64,000 nt of DNA from NCBI GenBank assembly GCA_965216565.1, contig OZ244170.1, forward strand, positions 5,120,001 through 5,184,000, read 5' to 3'. Below, in pieces: positions 9,512 through 20,116 of this stretch; the first letter of the stretch is position 1; the number at the start of each line of letters is the position of its first letter. The notes beneath the pieces are model-generated. The model did no database searches. It was not told where the DNA came from and was given only the letters and a program-made list of their open reading frames with translations. The position numbers and the translations under genes were made by a program. The DNA comes from Bythopirellula sp. (GTDB taxonomy: Bacteria > Planctomycetota > Planctomycetia > Pirellulales > Lacipirellulaceae).

Positions 9512-9562
9512 ATGCCTCAGAACTGAGCCGATGGCGGTCTCTGAGAGTGTGCCAGGACCACG

Positions 9563-10159
9563 TTATTTCTTGCCGCTCGCCGACTTCACATTGGGGACCA
9601 ACGGCCCGTCCAGAGGCAAGGTGTAAGTGAGCGCACCAATAGCTTGCCCTTTGGGAACGTCTTCGTAGTGGCCGTGGCACATGACGCACTTTTCCATCAC
9701 CACGGGTATCGCTGTGGCAACGCGAAGATGCTTTGTTCCCTGCCGTGTTTCGACTTCCTCAACCCAAGATTCGCCGGCCACGAGTTGCTTCATGGCCGAT
9801 TGTTCGAATTTGTCTTCCGGAGTATTCTCTTCGTTGATCGGTTCCCCTGTTGCGTCGACTAGCCGGACCTTGTGCCAACCGTTCTTCTCTGCCGCGGCAA
9901 AGATCATCTTGAAGGCGGTTCCGGCGGGGATCATTTCTTCGTCATTCACATAATGAGTAGTGATGGCGACAATACCGTTTTTGTAGATGTCGTCCAACAT
10001 CCTCACCTCTCGTTGGGCACGTTTCAGCTCGGGATCGCTATTCGCGGTATCTGTCTTCTTGATATCCTCGGCAGAACTCTCGCCTCCAGACATTCCATAG
10101 GCTAAACAGAGCAGGAGAATGCTCGCCAGTGCTAGAGTTACCTTCTTGGAAAGGGTCAT
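9563..10159 (-). CDS. Exported c-type heme protein, DUF3365/Tll0287-like
   Basis: AAGGAG before ATG 10159; signal peptide; C-terminal CVMCH heme-binding motif preceded by LRVATAIPVV and followed by GQAIGALTY. Confidence 0.85.
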   Translation of the reverse strand: MTLSKKVTLALASILLLCLAYGMSGGESSAEDIKKTDTANSDPELKRAQREVRMLDDIYKNGIVAITTHYVNDEEMIPAGTAFKMIFAAAEKNGWHKVRLVDATGEPINEENTPEDKFEQSAMKQLVAGESWVEEVETRQGTKHLRVATAIPVVMEKCVMCHGHYEDVPKGQAIGALTYTLPLDGPLVPNVKSASGKK

Positions 10160-10319
10160 TGCAATACTCCTTACACATAGGGTCAATGGGCAATGGTGGG
10201 ACCAGCGAGAATCGTTACAATAGATAATCGACCTGTTTGTCCGATTTTCAGCAAAATTCAAAGTTAACTGCAGCTATTATCGATGTCAATGTCCGATTTA
10301 GACGGTTCGGCAGATTTTA

Positions 10320-10336
10320 TGGATGTCAAACATCTA
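10320..10336. promoter_or_regulatory. Putative Rrf2-family operator (imperfect palindrome)
   Basis: TGGATGT-CAA-ACATCTA, 30 nt upstream of the Rrf2 start, in the divergent region shared with the heme-protein gene. Confidence 0.45.
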
Positions 10337-10365
10337 GATATCTCTTGCTTTGGGGGCTGGGCGTA

Positions 10366-10809
10366 ATGTTTTCGCAAACACAAGAGTACGCATTACGGGC
10401 AACTATCTGGCTTGCCAACCATCTGGATGAAGGAGCATTCGGATGCAATCAGATCGCGGAAGACACCGCCGTCCCGCCCAGCTATTTGGCCAAGGTTCTG
10501 CAGGAACTCGCGCGGTCGGGCATCCTCACGTCTCGGCGTGGAGTGGGAGGAGGATTTCAGCTTGATCGCGATCCCGATTCGCTCACCGTACTAGAGGTTA
10601 TCAATGCCGTGGACCCGGTGAAGAGAATCGCCACCTGTCCATTAGGTTTGAAGACGCACGGAAAGCATCTCTGTCCGATGCACTCGCGGCTGGATAGTGC
10701 GATGGAAATGGTGGAAGAGGCGTTAGGGAATTCTACTATTCGCGAAGTGATGTCTGAGCCTGGCAGACCATTGCCGATGGTAGAAACGCCTCGAGCGAAA
10801 AAGAAGTAG
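10366..10809 (+). CDS. Rrf2 family transcriptional regulator
   Basis: MFSQTQEYALRA, IAEDTAVPPSYLAKVLQELARSGILTSRRGVGGGFQL; C-terminal CPLGLKTHGKHLCPMH. Confidence 0.95.
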   Translation: MFSQTQEYALRATIWLANHLDEGAFGCNQIAEDTAVPPSYLAKVLQELARSGILTSRRGVGGGFQLDRDPDSLTVLEVINAVDPVKRIATCPLGLKTHGKHLCPMHSRLDSAMEMVEEALGNSTIREVMSEPGRPLPMVETPRAKKK

Positions 10810-10868
10810 GCGGCCGTGCGACACGTGGTGTCGCGGCTGAGTGATGTGTAGGGAAATGCACTACCGCT

Positions 10869-12134
10869 CTAAGTCGAGGTGCTCTGTTCCAACCTAGATG
10901 GATCCGCGAACTCTGCCTCGGCTTCAGTGAGGCAGCGTTTGATTTGCCGCACCGCCTGCTGCAGACGTTGCTCGTTCTCCACCATCGACATGCGCAGATA
11001 ACCCTCGCCGGCTGGCCCAAAGCCGCTGCCAGGACTGACGGCCACGTTGCCTTTTTCCAGGAGCATCATGGCAAAGTCCATTGTGCTCATTCGCGATTGC
11101 CAAAGTTCAGGGATTTTCTGCCAGACGAACATGCCTGCCTTAGGCGGTTCGACGTCCCACCCGATGCGCGTGAGCGCATCGCAGAGTGTATCGCGACGAC
11201 TTTGGTAGATGCGAGACTGTTTTTCGACCGCGGCATCGGTATCTCTCAAGGCAACAATCGCCGCGATCTGGATCGCTTGGAACATGCCGTAGTCGTAGTA
11301 CCCCTTGATTGTTGCTAGCGCCGAGATCATCTCAGGGTTGCCGGAACAGAAGCCGACTCGCCAGCCGGCCATATTGTAGCCTTTGCTCATGGTGGTGAAC
11401 TCAACGCCCACCTCGGCGGCTCCGCGCGAAGCCAAGAAACTTGGCGGCTGATAACCATCAAAGGCCACGTCGGCATAGGCGAAGTCGCTGATCACCATGA
11501 AGCCATACTTTTTGGCGAGCCGCACGACTTCGTCGTAGAAGCTTTGTTCCACCACTACGCTCGAGGGATTGTGAGGGTAGTTGAGAATGAGAAGCTTTGG
11601 GCTGGGGTAGAGTTTCTCGCAAGTGTAGGCGATGTCAGCCAGAAACTTTTCGCTATTGGTCACTTCGAGTGTGATCACATTGCCCGAGGCTAAGGCGACC
11701 GAATAAACGTGGATTGGAAAATAGGGAGCAGGCACCATTGCCGTATCGCCAGGACCCATCATGGCCAGGCACATGTGGCTAAAGCCCTCCTTCGATCCCA
11801 GGCAGACGATCACTTCGCTATCAGGATCTAGGCGTACACCGTACTTCTTATGGTACTTGGCGGCCACTTCGCGACGAAGATTCGCGATGCCATTGGACTT
11901 GCTATAACCGTGATTGCGCTCGTCGGCAGCGGCCTCGGCCAGCTTATCGATCACCAGATTTTCGGGGGGATCGCTAGGGTTGCCCATGCCCAAATCGATC
12001 ACATCGTCGCCCGCCCGCCGTTTGTTGTACAGCATCGTATTGATGCGGCCAAACAAATACGGTGGCAGGCGCGTAACACGCTGGGCGATCTGTACCTGGA
12101 AAGGATCGGAAGACGAATCGGATGGGGACGACAT
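10869..12134 (-). CDS. PLP-dependent class I/II aminotransferase (AlaC / LL-DAP aminotransferase-like)
   Basis: [51 protein letters not shown] (PLP Lys). Start is approximate. Confidence 0.92.
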   Translation of the reverse strand: MSSPSDSSSDPFQVQIAQRVTRLPPYLFGRINTMLYNKRRAGDDVIDLGMGNPSDPPENLVIDKLAEAAADERNHGYSKSNGIANLRREVAAKYHKKYGVRLDPDSEVIVCLGSKEGFSHMCLAMMGPGDTAMVPAPYFPIHVYSVALASGNVITLEVTNSEKFLADIAYTCEKLYPSPKLLILNYPHNPSSVVVEQSFYDEVVRLAKKYGFMVISDFAYADVAFDGYQPPSFLASRGAAEVGVEFTTMSKGYNMAGWRVGFCSGNPEMISALATIKGYYDYGMFQAIQIAAIVALRDTDAAVEKQSRIYQSRRDTLCDALTRIGWDVEPPKAGMFVWQKIPELWQSRMSTMDFAMMLLEKGNVAVSPGSGFGPAGEGYLRMSMVENEQRLQQAVRQIKRCLTEAEAEFADPSRLEQSTST

Positions 12135-12223
12135 AGGTAATCTCAAAGTGGGCAGTATCTTGTTCCTAGGACCAAGTATACCCGCGCCAGGCTAGTCGCC
12201 CAATGGAGAGTCGAACCTTCCTT

Positions 12224-14131
12224 TTATCGAGTTCCAGCAACAGGTCGTACGGCTGTGTCTTGCCGGACCTCTGCTTGCCCCTTGGGAGCTGTACTTGTCC
12301 CAGCCAGGTAGTTGTCGATGCGAGATTGGCTGCGAATTCTTTCGAATGTCTCGGTCATCGCCATTCGCAGTTTTTTCTCGTTAATGTCACGATAAAGAAT
12401 GTCACGGACTTCGGCCAAATTGACATCAATCTGCTCAGTACGGCCCTCACAGCGGAGGATTATGAATTTTTCTCCGACCTGAACGATTCCGGATAGCTGA
12501 CCCGGTTCGAGGGCAAAAGCAACTTCCTCAAGTTGTGGTTGACCGCCAAACTTTTGCAGCGGTGGAACCTCGCCCCGGAGTGCTTTGCTGGTAGGCTCGA
12601 CCGAGTACTGCTCGGCCAAATCGCCGAAGTAAACAAGCGTGGGGTTTCGTCGGGCCTTGTCCCATACTTCTTGGGCGCGTCGCATGTTGCCCAGCACAAT
12701 TGCTCGGCAGCGAACTCGCTCGCCATAGTTGGCTTCAAATCCTTTTTGCAAATCTTCCTCGTCGACAGAGACGTCACTTGCCGCAAGTTTCTTGAGTGCC
12801 GCCGAGGGCCACAAAGCATTGCGGTAATAGTCGTCTTCCGAGATGCCTTGTTGCTCGGTCACAATCTGCATCCACTTGCCAAGGTCTGGGTTGCCCTGGT
12901 CGTCGACAACGCCGGCAAGCTCGGCCGCGTGGTGCATCTCGGCATTAGTATCTTCTTGAGTGAGGGTCAGGCCAGATTTCTTCATCGCTTGGGATAGTAA
13001 TAGTTGCGAAATCTGAGTTTCCAGCACTTCTTCACCATGGCGAGTCAGGCATTCCTTTCCAAGCTCATTGAAAGTAATGCGGTCGCCGTTGACGGTAGCA
13101 ACAACTCCCGGCAAGGTTTCCCGGAGCTGAGGGGTGTTGTACACATTCTGGATGGTGGCAGTTGACTGCAACTTGGCAAAAAGATTTTGCGCGACGCCGC
13201 GGAGTTTTTCGTCTTTGATTTTCTCAACGATCTCGGCCTCCACCGCAGCAGCTTGTACCTGACGTGGCGGGATGCGACCCTCGCACTTGAGAATGACAAA
13301 CTGGCCGGCTACTTCCAGAACGGGAGAAATTTGTCCTGGCTGTAAGCCAAAGGCGGTTTGCTCGATTGCGGAATCGCCCACGTGTCGGCTAATTGGCTGA
13401 ATCAAACCCCCAATGCTGGCACTGTTGACGTCGACAGAGTGTTCGATAGCCAGTCGGGCAAAGTTCTCGGGGTCGGCAACTAGTTCCGCATGAATCTTGT
13501 CTGCCTTTTCACGCGTGCTGATGGCGATGAGTCGGGCTTGGATTTTCTCGCCAAATTGCTTTTCCATCGCGATCTGAACTTCTGCGGCCGTTGGTTCGAC
13601 TTCGCTGGCTGCGAGTTTACGCAAGGCCAGGGTGGGCCAAACGATGTCGCGAGCATACTCCTCGGGGGTGATATCTCGCTCTTGTTGGAGCAGATCGAAC
13701 CACTGCTCGCGGCCTAGCTTAAAGCGTGCCGCCATGCGATCGATTTCGGCTTCAATATCTGCCGGGGTTATTTTGATACTTCGCTTTTCGCAATGCGAGA
13801 GGATCAATCGTTTGTTGACCAGGCTCTCGAGAACCTCTTTTCCAAACTGCTGCATGCAGGCATCGGTGAGCGCCTGGCGACTGATGTCCTGACCATTGAC
13901 GATGGCCATGACATCGTGCTGAATGGGGTTGGTCTGCTCCGGGGCAGAAGCATTTTCGCCACCGGAGCGTGGAGCCTGAGCCTGCGCGGTGCGATCGCCT
14001 TCGATGCTGCGGAATTGCACGGCGACGGTCACAACAATTACTGCGATGACAATCCAACCAACCTGAGAGGTAAGTAGTCGATTCGAAAAGCGCGCGAGCT
14101 GCGCGCCAAAGTCTGCGTCCTTGCGAGACAT
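12224..14131 (-). CDS. Periplasmic foldase with duplicated SurA-N/PpiC (parvulin) modules
   Basis: N-terminal TM or signal segment; two copies of MAIVNG/VATVNG followed by parvulin motifs FARLAIEHS..SASIGG and FGDLAEQYS..SKALRG. Confidence 0.9.
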   Translation of the reverse strand: MSRKDADFGAQLARFSNRLLTSQVGWIVIAVIVVTVAVQFRSIEGDRTAQAQAPRSGGENASAPEQTNPIQHDVMAIVNGQDISRQALTDACMQQFGKEVLESLVNKRLILSHCEKRSIKITPADIEAEIDRMAARFKLGREQWFDLLQQERDITPEEYARDIVWPTLALRKLAASEVEPTAAEVQIAMEKQFGEKIQARLIAISTREKADKIHAELVADPENFARLAIEHSVDVNSASIGGLIQPISRHVGDSAIEQTAFGLQPGQISPVLEVAGQFVILKCEGRIPPRQVQAAAVEAEIVEKIKDEKLRGVAQNLFAKLQSTATIQNVYNTPQLRETLPGVVATVNGDRITFNELGKECLTRHGEEVLETQISQLLLSQAMKKSGLTLTQEDTNAEMHHAAELAGVVDDQGNPDLGKWMQIVTEQQGISEDDYYRNALWPSAALKKLAASDVSVDEEDLQKGFEANYGERVRCRAIVLGNMRRAQEVWDKARRNPTLVYFGDLAEQYSVEPTSKALRGEVPPLQKFGGQPQLEEVAFALEPGQLSGIVQVGEKFIILRCEGRTEQIDVNLAEVRDILYRDINEKKLRMAMTETFERIRSQSRIDNYLAGTSTAPKGQAEVRQDTAVRPVAGTR

Positions 14132-14405
14132 GGCGGTTTCTCCATAAACCGAGTGTAACTAGATTGGGTCGCACGCTATTCGGGAGCGCGCGAGAGTACG
14201 GGGGTAGGCGGAGAGTATACGGGGCGACGATGAAACGCAGCAATAGCGATGAACGCGGGTGCTAGCTTGGGATTGCCTAGAATGCTTTGGCCATGAATAG
14301 ATCTATCCGAGGGCTGCTAGAATTGTGCTAGCGAGACGATCGTTTGATCGTGAGTACAAGCAATCCTCAGCCAAGCCAGGGGCAGGACAGTAATCCAAAA
14401 TAGTC

Positions 14406-14966
14406 CTACTCGTCCATCACCTCAGCTTCTTTGTCCTTAGCCAGTGCCGTGGCTTGGTCTTCGTACTTTTTGGTGAGGTCCTGAATTTCTTTCTTCAAGT
14501 CGTCGCGGTCGTCCTCGGTGAGTTCTTTGTCTTTCTCACCCTGATCGGCATGTTTGTTTCCATCGCGGCGGACGTTGCGGATCGAGACCTTGGTTTCCTC
14601 GGCCAGTTCCTTGGTCCTAGCGACCATCGAGCGGCGGACCTCGGTAGAAAGGGCAGGGATATTGAGTCGAATGACTTTGCCGTCGTTCTGCGGTGCGAGG
14701 CCCAAGTCGCTGGCGATGATGCCTTTTTCGATGTCTTTGATCGTCGAGGGATCGAAGGGGCGGATTACCAACTGAGTGGGTTCGGGAGCACTGACCGAAG
14801 CGATTTGCTTGATCGGCGTCGGTGAGCCGTAGGCATCGACGCGCACCGAATCGACGAGGCCCGGATTGGCTCGACCGGTGCGGATACCAGTGAGATCGTC
14901 CTTTAACTTGGCGATCGCCTTTTCCATGCGTTCTTCGGTATCGAGAAGTATTTCATCTACGTTCAT
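14406..14966 (-). CDS. frr: Ribosome recycling factor
   Basis: EERMEKAI, IRTGRANPGLVD, YGSPTPIKQIASVS, PQNDGKVIRLNIPALS, KVSIRNVRRD. Confidence 0.98.
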   Translation of the reverse strand: MNVDEILLDTEERMEKAIAKLKDDLTGIRTGRANPGLVDSVRVDAYGSPTPIKQIASVSAPEPTQLVIRPFDPSTIKDIEKGIIASDLGLAPQNDGKVIRLNIPALSTEVRRSMVARTKELAEETKVSIRNVRRDGNKHADQGEKDKELTEDDRDDLKKEIQDLTKKYEDQATALAKDKEAEVMDE

Positions 14967-15008
14967 AGTGTTGCCTAGCGGACTTAAGTGAATGGCTCTA
15001 TTTCTTTG

Positions 15009-15092
15009 GACGGGATAACGGGATAAGCAGGATTTACAGGACAAGTAACCAGATAAGCATCCTGTAAATCCTGCTTATCCGGTCATCCTGTC
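15009..15092. repeat. Long inverted repeat with 9-nt periodic arms
   Basis: GGATAAGCAGGATTTACAGGA (15021-15041) is the perfect reverse complement of 15060-15080; pairing extends imperfectly outwards. Confidence 0.85.
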
Positions 15093-15098
15093 GTTCGT

Positions 15099-15863
15099 TT
15101 AGCTCCTACTAACCTTCACCTTGCTACTAACAGTTGTGCCTAGTTTTTCGCCGCGGACGGCGCGTTCGATGTTGCCATCTACTCCGTAGTTGAACACCAA
15201 AATGGGCAGGTCGTGTTCCATGCATTGGGCGATGGCTGTGGGATCCATGACCCGTAGGTTCTGATCGCGAACCTCTTGGAATGAGAGCTCATCGAACAGT
15301 ACCGCATGAGGGTTCTTTTCTGGGTCGTCACTGTACACGCCCTGCACTCGTGTGGCCTTCATCAAAATATCGGCTTCCAGCTCTAAGGCTTTCTGGGCGG
15401 CTGCCGTGTCGGTCGTCACAAAAGGGGCACCTGTGCCGCCGGCTAGAATGACCGTGCGACCCTTTTCCAAGTGACGTTTGGCACGTCGACGAATAAAAGG
15501 TTCGGCCACGCCGTCCATCTTGACCGCGCTCATTAGTCGTGTTTCGCAACCGAGCGATTCCAACGCGTCTTGCAGCGCCAGACCGTTAATGACCGTGGCG
15601 AGCATGCCCATGTAATGGGCTGTGGCTTCTTGGATGCTAGAGTTGCCGGCGGTGAATTGAGCACCGCGGAGGATATTGCCGCCGCCGATGACGATGGCGA
15701 TCTCGACACCTTGCTGTTTTGCCTTATAGGTTTGGCTGGCAATATGCACGACCTCTTGCATACTGATGCCACGTTCGCCCGAAGGAGCAAAGCTCTCGCC
15801 GGAAAGTTTTAAGACGACACGTCGGTAAGGACCGGGGCTTGGTTCGTTGCTCGCGGTAGACAT
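15099..15863 (-). CDS. pyrH: UMP kinase
   Basis: [53 protein letters not shown]. Confidence 0.98.
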   Translation of the reverse strand: MSTASNEPSPGPYRRVVLKLSGESFAPSGERGISMQEVVHIASQTYKAKQQGVEIAIVIGGGNILRGAQFTAGNSSIQEATAHYMGMLATVINGLALQDALESLGCETRLMSAVKMDGVAEPFIRRRAKRHLEKGRTVILAGGTGAPFVTTDTAAAQKALELEADILMKATRVQGVYSDDPEKNPHAVLFDELSFQEVRDQNLRVMDPTAIAQCMEHDLPILVFNYGVDGNIERAVRGEKLGTTVSSKVKVSRS

Positions 15864-15960
15864 GGTGGTAGGCGGTCCTCAATTCCCAAATTTCAAGTGA
15901 TGCGCTTGATATCTCCCGAGATATCAGGAGCCAATTCCTGGACTGCCCGGATGGTATCAC

Positions 15961-15991
15961 AAAAAAGCCCCGAGCAAAATTGCCCGGGGCT
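15961..15991 (-). terminator. Intrinsic terminator downstream of tsf
   Basis: AAAAAAGCCCCGAGCAA-AA-TTGCCCGGGGCT on +, which gives a hairpin plus U-run on the - strand. Confidence 0.75.
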
Positions 15992-16027
15992 GAGATTACT
16001 TCAGGTTTGGGGGAGTTGGGAGGCCAG

Positions 16028-16885
16028 TCAGGCCGCTTCACCCGATCCTTCGTCAGAAGAGGTCTCGCCCAGAGTCCAGCGTAGGAAGCGTTTAATCTTC
16101 ATGTCGCCGCTCTTAGCAATATCGCCCACAGATTGCTTATCGTCTTTGACGAAAGGCTGCTCGCTGAGGACATGCTCCGAGTAAAAGTTTTTCATCCGTC
16201 CTTCGATCATCTTCTCGACGATATTATCTGGCTTGCCTTCTTTTTTAGCTGCTTCGGCCAGTGTGGTACGCTCGGCCTCGACGATCGCCGGGTCAAGGTC
16301 TTCCTTGTTCGCTGCCTTGGGATTCATGGCAGCGATATGCAGTGCCACTTCCTTGGCCAGCTCGTCGTTGCCGCCTTCCACTTCCAGAAGCACGCCAATC
16401 TTAGCCATGTGAACGAACGCACCGCAGGGGGCATCGATCCGTTCCTGACGAGCGAGGCGAAAAACTTCGCGAATTTTGTTCTGAAGTTCGTCGCGTTGGT
16501 CCTCTAGCGTCATGCCATCGCGAGAAGGAGATGGTTGCGACCATAGCTCCTCAGCCGTGGCGGCACCCGGACCAGTGGCGAGTTGTCTCGCCAAATCGCT
16601 GGCAAGTTGCACAAATTCGTCGTTCGACGCGACCGGTGCCGACTCGCATTGTAGCTCGATAATGGTACCAACCTTGTCGGCGACGCTGGCATAAACGCCA
16701 ATCCGACCTTCATCAGTCGATCGATCTTGCCGCTTGCCCATGAATTTTTTGCCACTCTCACGCAACGCTTGCTTGGCCGCTTCCATGTCGCCGCCGGCGT
16801 CGTTGAGGGCCTTCTTGCATTCCATCATGGGGAGCTGCGTATCGTCGCGCAGTTGTTTCACCATTGCTGCGGTGATTTCTGCCAT
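16028..16885 (-). CDS. tsf: Elongation factor Ts
   Basis: MAEITAAMVKQLRDDTQLPMMECKKAL, ALHIAAMNP, GKPDNIVEKMIEGRMKNFY, LSEQPFVKD. Confidence 0.98.
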   Translation of the reverse strand: MAEITAAMVKQLRDDTQLPMMECKKALNDAGGDMEAAKQALRESGKKFMGKRQDRSTDEGRIGVYASVADKVGTIIELQCESAPVASNDEFVQLASDLARQLATGPGAATAEELWSQPSPSRDGMTLEDQRDELQNKIREVFRLARQERIDAPCGAFVHMAKIGVLLEVEGGNDELAKEVALHIAAMNPKAANKEDLDPAIVEAERTTLAEAAKKEGKPDNIVEKMIEGRMKNFYSEHVLSEQPFVKDDKQSVGDIAKSGDMKIKRFLRWTLGETSSDEGSGEAA

Positions 16886-16974
16886 GTTAGTGATACTCCT
16901 ATGTAAACGATTCGTATCGAATTGCGAGCCGAGCAGATTCTCGAGACTCGCTTGAACTAGTTAGCGATATAAAA

Positions 16975-17724
16975 TTAAGAAGCCGTTGCAGCGATCGGGG
17001 CGGCGTCGGAGCCTTCTGATTTCTCAGCCTGCTCGGCCGCCTTCTTGGCTTTTCCTTCGGCCACGGCATCGGCCAGAATGTTGACGATCAGGTCGATCGA
17101 ACGCATGCTGTCGTCGTTGCCGGGGATCGGCAGGTCGACCAAGTCCGGATCGCAATCAGTATCGATCAGCGATACCGTGGCGATGCCCATCTTGCTCGCC
17201 TCTTTGACGGCATTCTTCTCTTTTTTGGGATCGACAATCACCATGCACTCGGGCAGGCGATTCATTGTTCGCATGCCATTGAGGTTGCGATACATTTTGC
17301 GGTATTCGCGGTTGAGCGAAGATTGCATTTTCTTCGAGTAGCTGTTGATTTCTTCCCCTTCACGGATCGCCTCCAATTCTTCCAATCGAGCCAGCCGGCT
17401 ACGAATGGTGCGGAAATTGGTGAGCGTGCCACCCAGCCAACGGTCGTTGACATAGGGCATGCCGCAACGGTCGGCTGCCAATTGGATGGTGTCGCCCGCT
17501 TGCCGCTTAGTGCCGACAAACAGAATCAGGCTGCCGTGGGAGGCGACGTCGGCCAGATACTTCTTGGCCCGCAGAAGTCCGCGAATCGTTTCGCGAACGT
17601 CGATGATGTGGATTTGATTGCGACGGGCGTAAATATACGGCCGCATCTTGGGGTTCCAGCGACTGGAACGATGTCCGAAATGGACGCCTGACTCGACTAA
17701 CTTCTCAACTAGGGTAGAAGACAC
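16975..17724 (-). CDS. rpsB: 30S ribosomal protein S2
   Basis: [56 protein letters not shown] start at 17724 after GAGGAG. Confidence 0.98.
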   Translation of the reverse strand: MSSTLVEKLVESGVHFGHRSSRWNPKMRPYIYARRNQIHIIDVRETIRGLLRAKKYLADVASHGSLILFVGTKRQAGDTIQLAADRCGMPYVNDRWLGGTLTNFRTIRSRLARLEELEAIREGEEINSYSKKMQSSLNREYRKMYRNLNGMRTMNRLPECMVIVDPKKEKNAVKEASKMGIATVSLIDTDCDPDLVDLPIPGNDDSMRSIDLIVNILADAVAEGKAKKAAEQAEKSEGSDAAPIAATAS

Positions 17725-17915
17725 AAGAAACTCCTCACAGTGGCACACCGGCTAAGTCCCCTGGGTCGCGACAATTGAGGCGACGGCACCGCATCTGGGT
17801 GCCAGGCGTCCGGCGTTGGAAATCTATCGGCCAGGAAGCAACATAGGCTAGGTGCGGGCCGAACACACCAATTTAGCCCTGCAGTTTAGCTGGTAGGGTG
17901 AAAATGGTCAATCGG

Positions 17916-18015
17916 GCCAGCCGGAAGCGTTAGCGCCTGGATTCCTTGGAACGCCCGTCCCGTCGCTGACGCTCCAGGCTGGCGAATGGATCCCGTTGCT
18001 GACACTTGGGGTTGG
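17916..18015. repeat. REP-like palindromic cluster
   Basis: GCCAGCCGGAAGCGTTAGCG pairs with CGCTGACGCTCCAGGCTGGC; a degenerate third arm TGCTGACACTTGGGGTTGGC follows. Confidence 0.6.
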
Positions 18016-18030
18016 CTTGGCCCGATAACG

Positions 18031-18063
18031 AAAAAAGCGGGGTTGAGCTCAGCTCAACCCCGC
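18031..18063 (-). terminator. Intrinsic terminator of the PEP-CTERM gene
   Basis: AAAAAA-GCGGGGTTGAGC-TCA-GCTCAACCCCGC on +, which gives a perfect stem plus U6 on the - strand. Confidence 0.85.
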
Positions 18064-18112
18064 GATCGGTTCTTCTTCCAATTCGTCTTGTTGCACGCGT
18101 TCAGTAATTGAA

Positions 18113-18757
18113 TTACTTGCGACGACGGCTTACCAGTGCCAAACCGGCGACGCTAAGCAGTGCGAACGAGGTAGGCTCGGGGATCACGGAGTCTACTGTG
18201 ATCGAGACGTTGTCATACCACATATTCGTGGGGTTTCCTGGGCCGTTAGTAGCACCAAGTTGCAGAGTGATGCCGCCGCTCGAGTCCGGACCAACAACGG
18301 TCGCGAAATTGAAGGTGGTCCAGACATTTGGATCGGGGTTAATCGCCAAAGGTGCGCCGCCCAGGATCTCGGCCGAGGAAGTACCACCGCCTGAGAGTTC
18401 AGTGAAGAATTCTGCGAAAGCAACGCCACCTGGGACTGCATACGAACCACGTGCATCAAACTGGATGCTGACGGCTTGGCCTGCTGTGAGTTGACCAGCA
18501 GCAAGATTGGCCTGCTTGATAAGTGAATTGCTGAAATTGACATCGTTAGATATCGAGCCAGCAAATGTACCTGAGGAGGGATTCACATTGGTAACCGTTT
18601 GCTGTCCAGGGCCGGTTGGGAATTGCTCCCATCCTGTGAAATCACCGGTCTCAAAATCGCCATTGATCGCCAGATCGACGGCCGATGCGTTCAAGCTTAG
18701 GCCAACGGCAACCAGCGTACCCAAAACAACACGACTCAAGATTCTTGAAAGCTTCAT
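18113..18757 (-). CDS. PEP-CTERM surface protein with carbohydrate-binding (CBM4/9-like) domain
   Basis: Signal peptide ASA|; INGDFETGDFTGW ... WYDNVSI jelly-roll signature; C-terminus IPEPTSFALLSVAGLALVSRRRK. Confidence 0.9.
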   Translation of the reverse strand: MKLSRILSRVVLGTLVAVGLSLNASAVDLAINGDFETGDFTGWEQFPTGPGQQTVTNVNPSSGTFAGSISNDVNFSNSLIKQANLAAGQLTAGQAVSIQFDARGSYAVPGGVAFAEFFTELSGGGTSSAEILGGAPLAINPDPNVWTTFNFATVVGPDSSGGITLQLGATNGPGNPTNMWYDNVSITVDSVIPEPTSFALLSVAGLALVSRRRK

Positions 18758-19003
18758 TAATCTCTCTCCTGGGCGGTAGCACCCAATTCAGTGACCTAGA
18801 AAGCCGGCTGCTACGTCACCGCCGATCAGTCTAGATTCGAAAAGAAAACGGTTACAGGAACAGTTTCGCAAGACTGCCTTGCGAAACCACGGCCGCCTAA
18901 TCCGAGCCTGTATCAGTTACTGTAACAGTTTCGCATTTTGTTTCAACTGTTTATCGAAAGAAACTAACGAATTTTCAGAGTGACTTGCAGAATTGTCGGA
19001 AGT

Positions 19004-20002
19004 CTATGCCCCGACCAGTTTTAGCCCAGTTAGGGCAGCATCGTGAAGGTGCCCGTTAGTGGCAATCACACCACGATTCGTTGCGAGTGTGCGGCCGTGG
19101 GAGAAATCCAGCGGTTTGCCGTCAAGGTCGGTGATCCGTCCACCGGCTTCTTCCACCACAATCGATCCGGCTGCCTGGTCCCAAATCTTTTCCCGGTAGT
19201 CCGGACGCGAGGGAGAGATCAAACGCAAGTTCACATCCCCATGTCCCGAGGCCAAGACCGCATACTTGGCTTGGCTATCCATTGGCACGGGGTCGGCCGT
19301 GATGTTCAGAGTGCTTACCAACTCGCCAATGCTCCCGGTATTGGTATGTGCTTTTTCGACGGAGCGGAGCAGCCGTGCATCGGTAATGTTCGCCGAATCG
19401 GAAACCTTGAGTTTCTGCCAGTCGGCCTGTTCATCGTCGAGTGAGCGAACAAAAGTGCCATCCCCTCGTCGTGCGACGAGCAGCGAGCCTGCGCCGCCTT
19501 TGTCGGGGCGATATCCTTCAGCCAGTTCGGGACAGCCGAGTGCGCCGACGCGGACTTTTCCGTCTCGTAGAAAGGCCAGGGCTACTGCGTATTGGTCGCC
19601 CCGCAGAAAGCCTTTCGTGCCATCCACTGGGTCGAGCGTCCAAAATTCAGTCGTGGGCTCGCCGGCTCCCCGATCGATCCAGCGGCAGACATCGTCGGAA
19701 TTCGCCCCTGTGATCGCTTGACTCACAAAGTGTGTGATTTGCTTCAGCGTCTCGGCACCCTCCGCAGTCTGCAGCGATTCAGAGCTTTCCTCGCCAACGA
19801 ATCCCATTTCAGGGAACGTCTCTTCTAGTCGCTTGCCGATGAGTGCTTGTGCGGCAAAGTCGGCCACGGTGACGGGAGATTTGTCGTCTTTGGAAATCGC
19901 ATCGCCCACCATTTCTTTCTGAACCCGGCGAACGAGCTGGGCCGCCTCGCGGACGGCGTCGATAGCGAAGCGGACTTTGGAACAATCGATCGGAGAAGGC
20001 AT
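19004..20002 (-). CDS. 3'(2'),5'-bisphosphate nucleotidase (HAL2/SAL1-like inositol monophosphatase family)
   Basis: KDDKSPVTVADFAAQA, WTLDPVDGTKGFLRGDQYAVALA, MDSQAKY, EKIWDQAAG. Confidence 0.93.
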   Translation of the reverse strand: MPSPIDCSKVRFAIDAVREAAQLVRRVQKEMVGDAISKDDKSPVTVADFAAQALIGKRLEETFPEMGFVGEESSESLQTAEGAETLKQITHFVSQAITGANSDDVCRWIDRGAGEPTTEFWTLDPVDGTKGFLRGDQYAVALAFLRDGKVRVGALGCPELAEGYRPDKGGAGSLLVARRGDGTFVRSLDDEQADWQKLKVSDSANITDARLLRSVEKAHTNTGSIGELVSTLNITADPVPMDSQAKYAVLASGHGDVNLRLISPSRPDYREKIWDQAAGSIVVEEAGGRITDLDGKPLDFSHGRTLATNRGVIATNGHLHDAALTGLKLVGA

Positions 20003-20116
20003 GAGAGAAGAGAGGGGACAGGGGGTCAGGGATTGATGCGAGGAGCGATGCGCATCATAAGAATTTACGCCCCTCCACTCTAGGCTCTAAGCTCTTGGCT
20101 CATAGCTCAACAAAAA

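Noticed and set aside
17725..17880. rpsB (S2) autoregulatory leader
   Set aside because: It is expected by position and GC-rich stems are present, but I could not match the known consensus reliably by eye.
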